From positions 21,638,001-21,702,000 of the forward strand of contig OX597830.1 of assembly GCA_951406725.2 (NCBI GenBank): DNA of 64,000 bases, given 5' to 3'. Both the position numbers and the translations under genes were made by a program. This document shows positions 52,325-64,000 of the stretch, in pieces. Origin of the DNA: Octopus vulgaris. Its lineage: Eukaryota. Under the pieces are notes generated by a model. The model saw only the letters and a list, made by a program, of their open reading frames with translations, was not told the origin of the DNA and searched no databases. Positions within the stretch are counted from its first letter, which is position 1, and each line of letters starts with the position of its first letter.

Positions 52325-54060
52325 TCAAATTGCAAGAATACTAGTGACTTTTGTTGGAGTGGACCTGTACATTGGACAAACCCACTAACTCCTCGGCGTC
52401 CTTGGGACGCTGCAGCCATCATGTGGAGGAATGATGTTCGTTTCCATTTTAGATAAGCACAAAGTTTTGTTCAATTGGCAGAGAATCTCGTAAAGAAAGC
52501 AATAAATCAAGGAGTGCTAGTCTTGACCTCTTTTGAGTGGTTATCTCCCTTAGGTTTCCCTTTTGGGGCAAACAGTCGTGTCGTATGGTAAATTTGCTTG
52601 CTTTATCTTATATTATATTCTGGGGGATGTTCGTGTGTTTGTGTGCTGAAGTAGTTCGTCATGGGACCATATTTCTTCAATGTGTGGAGTTCGTGTGTTA
52701 TGTATACTCAAATCTCACATTCAATAAAGGGGTTTTCCATTGAGATTAGCGGCGCAGGTGGTGATTCCTCTTTGAAGTGTTTAAGTGTGAATATTGCTTG
52801 TGTATGCACAGAGAAGATTTCATCACTAATATTTAGGATGTTATCTGTTGACTGTATGATATTTAGCTTTTCGGTGATACAGAGTTCACATTTGGTACCC
52901 CATCCTCTGTATTTTTTAGCTTTAGCAATGATGTTTCATTTTATCTGGGGCTTACTTATTCAACTTACTTTCAATGTCTATACCATATGGGGTAAGGATG
53001 TTGTGTGGTTTTTATTTTTATCTCTGAACGCCAGGTGTTGTGTGTACCTTTCCTTGAACGAATAGCTCGTCACGCCGATATACGTCTTTGATACTCTGTT
53101 GGGATCCATGATCTTGGCCTTATATACAAGTTCTTTTTCGAAACAGTTGTCGTTTAGAGGGCAGCAGTTTGGAGATCTGAAGTTGCATTGTCTTTTAGGG
53201 GTATCGCTGGTGTATTTATTTTTTATTGTGATTGAGTTTTATTGACCCTAAATTGGGGAGGCAACTATAGCTACCTTTGACAGTGTTTCTATTGAAAATC
53301 TTGTGGCATCTGTGTGAATGTGGGAAGTGATTTTCTATTAATTTTAAGATTTTCCTGGCTATGTTAGCAGCTACATTCATGCTATAAGGTGGTTTGAGCC
53401 ATAACATTTTCCTCTGTCTGCGTCTTCTTGGTCTATTTGTATGTGGTTCAATGTAATTTATGCTATGTCTATGTACGAGGCTTACTCATTTGGTTTATGG
53501 TAGGGTTTAAATTTTCCAGCGCTAAAGTTCATATTAATAATATCTAGGAAGTTGACTTCTTTCAGGTTGGTACTAATTGTGGTTCTTAGACCTAATTGGC
53601 AAATTATTCTGCATAATTTTCCATATTCTATCCATATCGTGTCCATTTTTATTGTGTACCACTCCCAGGCCATCGTCCCTATATAAACCTATGTTAGCTA
53701 CTACTTTTATTTTTTTTCGACGGATGTCCAAGATATAGAGGCCTATAAAGTCAGCTTTCTCTGCACCATCATAGCTCCCCATTTCCATGTCAAATAACTC
53801 GTCCCCATTCTTTTTCACCCAATAGGAATTATCATGAAAAAATAATGACTTTCTTGCGTCCATAATTATATTTGTATCAGTCTTTGTTATCGTAGCATAT
53901 GCCTTACTGAATTCAAATGCCTTCTGGAGCAAAATTTTAGAGACTGAGGTTTTAAACTCTATGAAATCAAATTGTATAAATATGCATCTGAGTTTATCTT
54001 CTGTTTTCTTAAACCATTCAATATTTGCTCTTCTGCTATTCCGTTGAGTAAGGTTTCCGT
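52325..54060 (-). mobile_element. Penelope-like element, Naiad-type, decayed (RT plus C-terminal GIY-YIG, 3' UTR with degenerate hammerhead)
   Basis: RT FIQFD...MGSYDGAE...GLYIL...GLYRDDGL; WLKPPYSMNV..HFP...KIFNRNTVK.SYSC; hand-translated CNFRSPNCCPLNDNC...LVYKA...YIGVT..FKERYTQH and CELCITEK...LN...CIH. Confidence 0.88.
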
Positions 54061-54061
54061 T

Positions 54062-54216
54062 TTTCGAACGCTGAATTGCCGTTAGAACTGCAGAAATACT
54101 GAGTAAATTGCCCTTATAAAGCAGAAAAAAATTCGTCACCAACCAGCCATGGAACTCGAACTCATATTCCTCAAAGACTCCGATTTAGTGTTTCACCATT
54201 AAACTAAACTGACCTC
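54062..54216 (-). mobile_element. Possible tRNA-derived SINE head abutting the Penelope 5' truncation
   Basis: Minus strand ggtcagtttagtttaatggtgaaa (A-box-like) ... gagttcgagttcc (B-box-like). Confidence 0.45.
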
Positions 54217-54323
54217 TGACAAATTCGTCGGCGATTTTAGACGCAAAATAGTTAATCTATAAATATAAACAAACTAACATTTTTTATAAGCGTTGAAGAA
54301 ATATCTTCTAATTTGTATCATTA

Positions 54324-54553
54324 CCGTAATCCCTCGTTTATTGCGGGTGTTACGTTCCAAAACCTCCCACATAAATAATTAAAATTTTAAAAATATAATT
54401 ACCTATCGGCCAACGAAACCCGCGATATATTGAGGAGTCCGCGATATAAATTTACATATATCAGCCAGAAAACTCCGCGATGTACTGAGTGCGTGATAGG
54501 TGAACTACGATGTACTGAATGCGCGATCGGTGAACCGCGATATAGTGAGGGCT

Positions 54554-54558
<5 letters not shown>
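54324..54558. mobile_element. Tigger/pogo-type MITE
   Basis: Imperfect TIRs ccgtaatccctcgtttattgcgg / ccgcgatatagtgagggcttact with TA flanks; internal ccgcgat repeats. Confidence 0.75.
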
Positions 54559-54595
<37 letters not shown>

Positions 54596-54597
<2 letters not shown>

Positions 54598-55077
54598 TTT
54601 TATTCTTTTATTTGTTTCAGTCATTTTGACTGCGGCCATGCTGGAGCACCGCTTTTAGTCGAGCAAATCGACCGCAGGACTTATGCTTTGTAAGCCTAGT
54701 ACTTATTCTATCGGTTTATTTTACTGAGCTGCTAAGTTACGCGGATTTAACACACCAGCATCGGTTGTCAAGCGATGTTGGAGGACACACACAAACATAC
54801 ACACACACACACACACACACATACACACATACATACATACATACATACATACATACATACATACATACATACATACATTCATATACATATATATATATAT
54901 ATACATATACATGCATATATACGACAGGTTTCTTTCAGTTTCCGTCTACCAAATCCACTCACAAGGCTTTGGTTGGCCCGAGGCTTTAATAGAAGACACT
55001 TGCCCAATGTGCCCCGCAATGGGATCGAACCCGGAACAATGTGGCTGGTTAGCAAGCTACTTACCACACAGCCACTC

Positions 55078-55080
<3 letters not shown>
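54596..55080 (-). mobile_element. Full-length SINE S2
   Basis: S2 head, body and tail. Confidence 0.92.
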
Positions 55081-55163
<83 letters not shown>

Positions 55164-55224
55164 GTGTGTGTGCGTGCGCGCGCTTTATGTGTGTGTAACT
55201 ATACAGAGAGTGTTTTACTGACGC

Positions 55225-55830
55225 TGGCGAGCTGGCAGAAACGTTAGCATGCCGGGCGAAATGCTAAGCAGTATTTCGTCTGTGTTTACGTTCTGAGTTC
55301 AAATTCCGCCGAGGTCGACTTTGCCTTTCATCCTTTCGGAGGGGGGGTGTCGATAAATTAAGTACCAGTTGCATACTGATCGATCAAATCGACTGACCCC
55401 TTCCTCCCAAAAAAAAAATTTCGGGCCTTGTGTCGAGAGGAGAAAAGATAAATCCCAAAGCTTGTTACTCCGAGTTCCACGTAACCAATCGGTAATAATC
55501 ATAAGTTTAGTCAGAAGAAATGAAGGAATTTTATTCACTTTATTTCATTTAATTTCCAAGGAAATCTTTCCTTTAGTGCTTCAGAATTATTGTGCTTCTC
55601 GTGGAACGATTTCTTCATTTCCTCTGAACAACATCATTATTATTATTATTAAGGTGGCGAGCTAGGAAAATTGTTGGCACGCTGGACGAAATACTTAGCG
55701 GTATTTCGCCCGTCGCTAAGTTCTGAGTTCAAATTCCGCCGAGGTCAACTTTGCCTTTCATCCTTTCGGGGTCGATTAAATAAGTACTAGTTACCCACTG
55801 TGAGGTCTTGTGCTTATAGTAGAAAGGATT
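55225..55830 (+). mobile_element. Two SINE S1 copies with tail B (55225-55447, 55652-55830)
   Basis: S1 head and body; tails cgggccttgtgtcgagaggagaaaag and gaggtcttgtgcttatagtagaaagg. Confidence 0.88.
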
Positions 55831-55854
55831 TTTCTTATTATTATTATTGTTATA

Positions 55855-55917
<63 letters not shown>

Positions 55918-56226
55918 GTTGTTGTTGTATCCTTCTTCAAATTTTCTTCCATTTCTCGCCGAGTGTTTTCCGTACACCTTGGGCAGAGAAGCTCATTGTA
56001 TGCATTCCCAGATTACACAAGCAAATTCACGGGTAAAATATGTATTTAAAAAAAGTTAATAAATAAATAAACTCATGAATGGATGTTGTTTTCACAGCGA
56101 TAATGCTCTTCTCAGTACATGAGTCGTTCCAGTTAACACGATTTTTTGCACGTCCTGTAGGGATGGTAAGCCTGGTATCATTTTCAAATAGGTTTCAGTA
56201 CCTTATTATTATCATCATCATCATCA

Positions 56227-56296
<70 letters not shown>

Positions 56297-56311
56297 AACT
56301 ATTACTATTAC

Positions 56312-56361
<50 letters not shown>

Positions 56362-57309
56362 ATATACTATCCTGCATACTATCAAAATCGTTTTATTCCT
56401 GCACACCATCGCACACGCGTACACACATACACACACACACACACACATACACACACACATACACACGCACACACACTCACACACACGCTATCATACATTA
56501 ATCTATATCCACTTATCCTCAGTTAAGTACAGATCGATCTATCCCTATCTCGTCACATGTTTAACTACTACTGCTGTTGCTGCTACTACTACTACTATTG
56601 TTATCCACACATCCTTATGTATCTCCATATACTTCTCTACTTCTTCAACGCTGCAATATTAATCATTAGATTTATATTGATGTCGTACATCAGAGACCCC
56701 ATAAAATATTCTCCAATATCGTTGATGGATGCAACATTGCCGTAGAGCTGCCTTGGCTTCTTCAACTCTTCATTATCCCAAACACAATCACTCCACATCT
56801 CATGAGAACATCGCACCGCTTCCTAAATATGAATAGCAGCTAGAGTGCAACTAGAACCCTCAGTGTCGCTACACATCCTAGGCCACCCTAACTGCTTCTT
56901 TTTCTATAGAAAAAAAATTTTTCCGTCTTCTCATCTGTTTCTTGGATCGGTGTTTTCCTATCAAACTGTGCCAACACGCCATCGCGCCATTGCGGCCTGT
57001 GTTGATGGAACTAGCTTGTTCTCTCTCTATATATATCTCTATCTATTTCTCTCTCTTTCTCTCTCTTTCTCTCTCTATCTATCTATCCTCTATCTCTATC
57101 TATCTCTATCTATCTTTCCCTCTCTCTCTCTTTCTCTCTCTCTCTATCTTTCTATCTCTCTATCTCTATCTATCTCTATCTATCTCTCCCCCTCTCTCTA
57201 TATATATATTTCTATCTATCTCTTTCTCTCTCTCTTCCTCTCTCTCCCATTTTCTCCCTCCTTCCTCTCTTTCCCCTCTCCTCTCTCTCTTTCTCTCACC
57301 TTGTTTCTC

Positions 57310-57348
<39 letters not shown>

Positions 57349-58427
57349 CCCCTCTCTCTCTCCCTCCCACCCTACTTTCACGCTCTCTCCCTTGCTTCTG
57401 TCTTCTCACACTCAGTTCAACTTTGATATCCCCAGTCATTTGGTTTTATTCCTTATCTTGTGTTCCCTTTACATCGTCGACCTCTTTCCTGTCACCTCCA
57501 TCAATATTCATTCCTTCATATATAATGCCACCCTCCATTTTCCTTATTTACTATTTCCACACTCAGGTAACCTAACCTAAACGCCTCGCGCGAATCTTCC
57601 ATTGTCCACTGCTTCTATGAACTGAGATATCGAAGACAATATTGCCGCAATGCCAATCTTGTTTCCTCCAAAAACTCGAGACGCAACAAACATAAAAAAA
57701 TATAAAGAAAACATACGCATCTCCCTGCTCCCTAAATATGGATAACACACAACTACAACCTAACAGAAAGACAGGCAGGTATTGGGTGGTTAATGGGTGG
57801 GGTATAGTTGTGAATAGTTGTACTTCACAGAGAAGGTGGGGTGGTTATGTATGAAAGAAATTGATAGGTGCACTAGGGCCATTTTATGAGTAGATATAAG
57901 GAGAAAGATAGGCAGATGTCAAGGATTTGAGGAGTAGGTGTAGAGAGTAATGTAGGTAAATGTTAGAATATTGGTGGGGAGGTGTGGGAGATATTTGTTA
58001 TTAAGTGTGGGGAGAGGTTGAGTAGTTATGGATAAACATGTTACGTAAGACACATCCGATGTGCTTTCGAAACAATTGTAGTACTCGACGACCTCTTCCA
58101 TCACTTTTATTTATAGATTTGGTTATTATATTATAAGCAATGCGTGTTGCTTTCGAAATGGAGTTGTATAGCACCTGTCATCTAAACGGAATTTACTGTC
58201 TGATCTCGATATGGGATGAACTGTTTTCGATGCATTGATTAATAGATTTTATTGATCAATTATCGAGTCATCCGCGTTTTCTATACAAGCCGTATTTATG
58301 CAAGAGACTAAGAAACTGCATTCCACCACAATTATTCAACTGATCCTAACAATTATGCATACAGACACAGATATGCATACACGCACACTGTCATCCATAC
58401 TTATATATATATATATATATATATAAT

Positions 58428-58649
58428 CGGCGAGCTGGCAGAAACGTTAGCACGCCGGGCGAAATGCTTAGCAGTATTTCGTCTGCCGTTACATTCAAAT
58501 TCCGCCGAGGTAGACTTTGCCTTTCATTCTTTCGGGGTCGATAAATTAAGTACCAGTTACGCACTGGGATCTATATGATCGACTTAATCCGTTTGTCTGT
58601 CCTTGTTTGTCCACTCCATGTTTAGCCCCTTGTGGGTAGTAAAGAAATA
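58428..58649 (+). mobile_element. SINE S1 (tail A) in (TA)n
   Basis: ggcgagctggcagaaacgttagc...gccccttgtgggtagtaaagaaata. Confidence 0.9.
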
Positions 58650-58834
58650 TATATATATATATATAAGCATGCACATAATTATAGATACAAACACACGCAC
58701 GCACACACAAATACACACACACACACACACACAAACGCATATACATATAAACAACCATCCAACCGTCCAATCCCTCAAACATCCAGTCATCTAACCATCC
58801 AATCCACCTAACTAACCTATTGTCTCTTCCCCCC

Positions 58835-58909
<75 letters not shown>

Positions 58910-59237
58910 CACACACACATTCATCTAACCATCCCACCAGCCAGTTCATCACCACTGTATTACATCCAGTGACACACATACATATATATATATACAAACA
59001 TACATACATACATATATACATATACACATATATTGGTACGTACGTACATACATACATACATACATATATGCATTCATAAATGCATGCATACATACATACA
59101 TACATACATACATGCATGCATACATACATACATACATACATACGTACATACATACATACATACACATACATACATACATACATACATACATACATACATA
59201 CATACATACATACATACATACATACATACATACATAC

Positions 59238-59885
59238 ATAAAGTGTATTCCAGAAGTTTAGAGACTTTTTCAAGGGAGATTTTTGTTAATTTCAAAGAAG
59301 TACAACATTCTTATCTCTTTCATAGTTGGACCCTCTGACTGCAATACACTTGGTGTAGCACTCCAACCATTTCGTGACGACCCCATGAAAGTCCTCCAAT
59401 CTGAAAGTATGCAAGACTCTTGTCACAGCCTCCTTCATCTTCTTCAGTTAGGGGACCAATGAAAAGTCACAAGAGTAAGGTCTGCATTCTAAGGACGTAA
59501 GGGTCTATTTTAATGCCCATCGCTATCAAGTAGTTGGTTACCAGGTTGGAATTGGGAACTGGTGCATTGTCTTGGTATAGGAACTCTGGACTTTTGTGAC
59601 GTAATTTCTTTGTGAACACCCTCCAAACCTTCACAAAATATTCTTTGTTGACGTTTTGGCCGGAAGGAACCCAGTGGATATAGATGATACCCTTGCTTTC
59701 AAAAAACGGGGATCAGGGGATCTACACGAGCTTCCTGGTAGACTTGCTTGTATTAGCGAAAAGCAGCCTCTTGTGCCAGCGAAAGATAGATGCTTGGCTC
59801 ATATAAATCTATGTGTAAGCAGTATTATTTCATAAATTTCTGTAGCATTTTTGTCCAATTTAATTTAGAAAATTCCCGCATAGCG
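59238..59885 (-). mobile_element. Old mariner relic
   Basis: Minus-strand C-terminal WLECYTKCIAVRGSNYERD next to a TIR-like gtgtattccagaagttt; remainder very decayed. Confidence 0.6.
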
Positions 59886-59890
59886 AGCTT

Positions 59891-59951
<61 letters not shown>

Positions 59952-60269
59952 TGTATGCATGTATGTATGTATGTATGTATGTATGTATGTATGTATGTCA
60001 TTGGTCAGTTATTTCAAGATTTCTTGCCAATAGAGGAAGACCCGGTTTTTAACCTAGATTCAAAGCTCTTTCATTGGAATTTCAACATCATCAACAGAGT
60101 ATTTTTGTTTGTATGCATGTATGTATGTATGTATGTATGTATGTATGTATGTATGTATGTATGTATGTATGTATGCGTGTATGTATGTTTCATGATGGGA
60201 ATCGAAACCGCGATCCTATGACCGCGAGTCCGCTGCCCTAACCACTGGGCCATTGCGCCTCCTCAGAAA

Positions 60270-60548
60270 TCACACATTACACAACCGTTCACTGGTTATA
60301 GACGGACAGATGAATTTCGAATGCTTACTCAGTCATAAAGTATGCAGATCAAAAAGTGGCTTGAAAAGACATGGTAAAGTTTCATTGAGCTATAAAACTA
60401 TACAAGCACCAAGCTTTCTTGCACTAATTGTCAAAAAGCATGCAAGTCTTTGGCAGGCCTCAAAAGCCAAATTCGGGCAGCTCGATGATATTCTAGGGCA
60501 TAAAGAACTCAAGCAATGGCTCAACTCGAAATCGAGTTGACAACCATC
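60270..60548 (+). mobile_element. RTE-type LINE 3' end (two C2H2-like fingers, 3' hairpin, (TATG)n tail)
   Basis: FECLLSHKVCRSKSGLKRH / LSCTNCQKACKSLAGLKSQIR, like the C-terminus of the 14-kb RTE; hairpin tcaactcga-aa-tcgagttga just before the tail. Confidence 0.65.
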
Positions 60549-60937
60549 ATGTATGTATGTATGTATATATGCATGTATGTATGTATGTATGTTTGTATGT
60601 ATGTATGTATGTATGTATGTATGTATGTATGCATGCATGCATGTATGTATGTATGTATGTATGTATGTATGTATGTATGTATGTATGTATGTATGTATGT
60701 ATGTATGTATGTACAGATTTGTATGTTTTATGTATGTATTCTCGTTTATATACTTGGATACCTAGACATGCTCATATATATTTAGATGCTAAACTTCTGG
60801 CAAGTTTTACAGATTTTTACAGTTCCATTGATGGCTTGGATCTGTAGTCTTCGAATTAGTTTTCTCCTTTCTAGTTTTGCAAAGCCTAATTTTTCAAGAT
60901 TTATATTTAGGCAGTATGTTACATATCCCAGGGCTTC

Positions 60938-60968
<31 letters not shown>

Positions 60969-61690
60969 TGTATTATGTATGCACGTACGTATGTATAGCA
61001 AGAGGGAGAGAGGGAGAGAGAGAGAGAGTATATACAGAATACATAAGGGGTTTCCGCTCACTGCCATAATGTAATACATATGTACTATTAATATATATAT
61101 GTATTATGAGTGTTCACTTCGGTTTAACACGAAAACTTTAGTTCGATTTGCAACTGAAAGCGTGATGTTGAAGCTGCCTATCAGAGGCGGCTAGAAGTGG
61201 TTTCTCCTTGAGCAGGTAGATACAGATTAAAGTAAAAATGAAAAAGCAAAACGTTTGGCCTCACTCAAAGACATTTTATTTGTGTGTGTGTGTGCGTGTA
61301 ACTGTGTGTGTGTGTGCGTGTGACTGTGTGTGTCTGTGTGTGTGTGTGTATGTGTGAGGGTGAATCAGGAAATAATGCAATTTTTATTTGCATTACTTTT
61401 TACTCATTCTTGTGTGCGTATAAAGATAGATAGAACGATAGAAAAATAGATAGATAAATAGATAGATATATACATACATGCATGCATACATACATACATA
61501 CATACATACATACATACATACATACATACATACATACATACATACATACGTACGTACGTACGTACGTACATACATAGAAAGGAAGAAAGAAAGAAAGAAA
61601 GAAAGAGATAGAGAGAGAAAAATAGACAGACAGGTAGACAGACAGACAGACAGACAGGCAGGCAGGCAGGCAGGTCGGTAGGTAGGTAGG

Positions 61691-61771
<81 letters not shown>

Positions 61772-61921
61772 TCGCCCTCCTATCCAACCAACCAGCCAGC
61801 CGTCCATGCAGCGTTGCCAATCTACCAATTTCTAGCGATCCAACGTCAAGTAATGAACCAATCCTGGATAGCAATCATACCGACAGCAATCCATATTTCA
61901 CAGAATAAATCCCACCTCTAA

Positions 61922-61961
<40 letters not shown>

Positions 61962-62155
61962 CAGGCATACACACATACACACACAAACACCCACTCACAG
62001 TTAATGCTAACTAACATCCAGCAAAGCAATCCATTTCCTATATATATACCTGCTACTCAGCAAACGCGCACACACACACACACTCACATACACACACGCA
62101 CGCACACACATGTTCACACACACGGACACACAAACACATAACATATACACATACG

Positions 62156-62195
<40 letters not shown>

Positions 62196-62295
62196 GAAAC
62201 GCATACATAAATATCCACTCATAGCTGATGCTAACGTTCAGCGAAAGAATCCATGTATTCTATACCTGCTACTCAGCGGACAGTCACACAGTAGG

Positions 62296-62357
<62 letters not shown>

Positions 62358-62517
62358 ACAGATGCATACATATACACAGAGACGCATACACATGCACACA
62401 ACTAATACTAACATCCAGCAATGCAATCCATACATACCTGCCACACACACACACATACACACACACACACGCACACACACACACGCACACACGCACTATT
62501 TCACTAACACACACACA

Positions 62518-62572
<55 letters not shown>

Positions 62573-62827
62573 ATATACAAACACACAGACATCTCTCAGA
62601 AACATATACACGCCATCCATCGATCCAGGCCGGTCTCTCGGTCTTTTCCATCGATCCAGGAGGCAAGCCGGCAGGCAGCCAGCGTTGTCATGACAACCAC
62701 TACTACGTCTCAGTAAACGCAACCATTTTTCCTCACTTCGGGACATCACAAACGATGATCCAGAATGTTGTCGGACTGTAACTGTGTAACTCTTACAAAC
62801 GTCTTCACACCGCTCACCGCACACGCA

Positions 62828-62889
<62 letters not shown>

Positions 62890-63083
62890 TACGCTATTCC
62901 ACTCACACACAGACACACACATATGCATGCGCATACACACATACACATATACTGTCCTACCTAGCTCCTCCTACTGACCTCACCTCCACACGCATTCACG
63001 CACACACACTCACACACACACATACACACACATAGACGAGCGCGCGAATCAACGAGAGGAGATCCTCTACGAGGTCACTGGGC

Positions 63084-63692
63084 CTGCTAAAGATAGTAGC
63101 CAAATCTCCCTCGAATCAAACCGCAGTTGTACACTGTTAAAGATGGTAGCCAAATCTCCCTCGAATCAAACCGCAGTTGTACACTGCTAAAGATGGTAAC
63201 CAAATCTCCATCGAATCAAACCGCAGTTACACACTCTCCTAAAGATAGTAACCAAATCTCCCTCGACTCAAACCGCAGTTACACACTGCTAAAGATGGTA
63301 GCCAAATCTCCCTCGACTCAAACCGCAGTTACACACTCTCCTAAAGATAGTAACCAAATCTTCCTTGAATCAAACCGCAGTTACACACTGCTAAAGATGA
63401 TAGCCAAATCTCCCTCGAATCAAACTGCTGTCACTAATCCACCTAAAGATAGCAACCAAATTTCCCTCGAATCAAACCGTTGTCATTCACCCAGCTGAAG
63501 GCAGTAGCCAAATCTCACTCAAATGAAACCGCAGTCACTCACCCCGCTAAAGATAGCAGTCAAATCTTCCTCGTATCAAACCGCTGTCGTTCACCCTACT
63601 AAAGGCAACAGCCAAATCTCCCTCGTAACAAACTGCACTCAGTCAGTCATTCAGCTTGCTAAATACAACAGTCAAATCTCCTTCAATTCAAA
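63084..63692. repeat. ~50-bp minisatellite, ~12 units, inside an R5-family repeat (63070-63830)
   Basis: Unit ctgctaaagat(a/g)gtagccaaatctccctcgaatcaaaccgcagttacaca. Confidence 0.92.
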
Positions 63693-64000
63693 GCTTACCG
63701 TCTTTAAGAAGGAGGGGACATATGTTAGGTAAAGTATGGTTCTGGTTGTCCTAAAAAAGATGGTGATAGTCATGGCTGGAACGAGCTTGATCAAAGCAAT
63801 GTGTGATCATGGTTGAGCTGGAGCTAAACAACACACACACATACACACACACACACATCATTACGCACATACTCTCATCATATCTGCGTATATATTAATG
63901 CATACACATGCTCTCTCACAAACTCAACTTTCCTGACATTATCTCCCCCTCTCTATTTATCTATCTATCTATCTCTCACTCTCTCCTCTCTTTTTATCAC

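Noticed and set aside
52760-53200. Selenocysteine recoding in the Naiad-like element
   Set aside because: The TGA codons I can read fall at Trp or non-Cys positions in a decayed copy, and I could not fold a SECIS by eye.
63084-63692. CRISPR-like periodicity and a repetitive 123-aa ORF
   Set aside because: Units are contiguous with no unique spacers, derive from a dispersed repeat, and the DNA is eukaryotic.

Overview
AT-rich, microsatellite-saturated animal non-coding DNA. The SINE families look like those I associate with octopus/coleoid cephalopods (inference, no search run). I find no credible host protein-coding exon; almost all ORFs in the track are translations of (TA)n, (CA)n, (TATG)n, (TAA)n, (GGT)n and similar repeats. 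The interpretable content is a nested set of transposable elements: four tRNA-derived SINE families in many copies, decayed LINEs (RTE x4, Dong/R4 in a TAA tract, Tx1/L1-like 3' ends, a CR1/L2-group end), a Naiad-type Penelope-like element (RT + GIY-YIG), mariner relics, hAT and Tigger MITEs and a probable Helitron end. The most interesting structure is at 34.35-36.56 kb. An ORF1-only (HAL1-like) retroelement with a zinc knuckle and a 14-bp TSD sits inside a ~358-nt partially tandem, highly structured repeat carrying a minimal type I hammerhead ribozyme (retrozyme or Penelope pLTR-like). Its 3' end shares a covarying stem-loop plus AATAAAGA tail with the dominant SINE and, more loosely, with a Tx1-like LINE 3' end, suggesting one enzyme serving several parasite types. 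Several further hammerhead-like motifs of different families are scattered through the window. Coordinates were read by eye, so element boundaries without TSDs are approximate.
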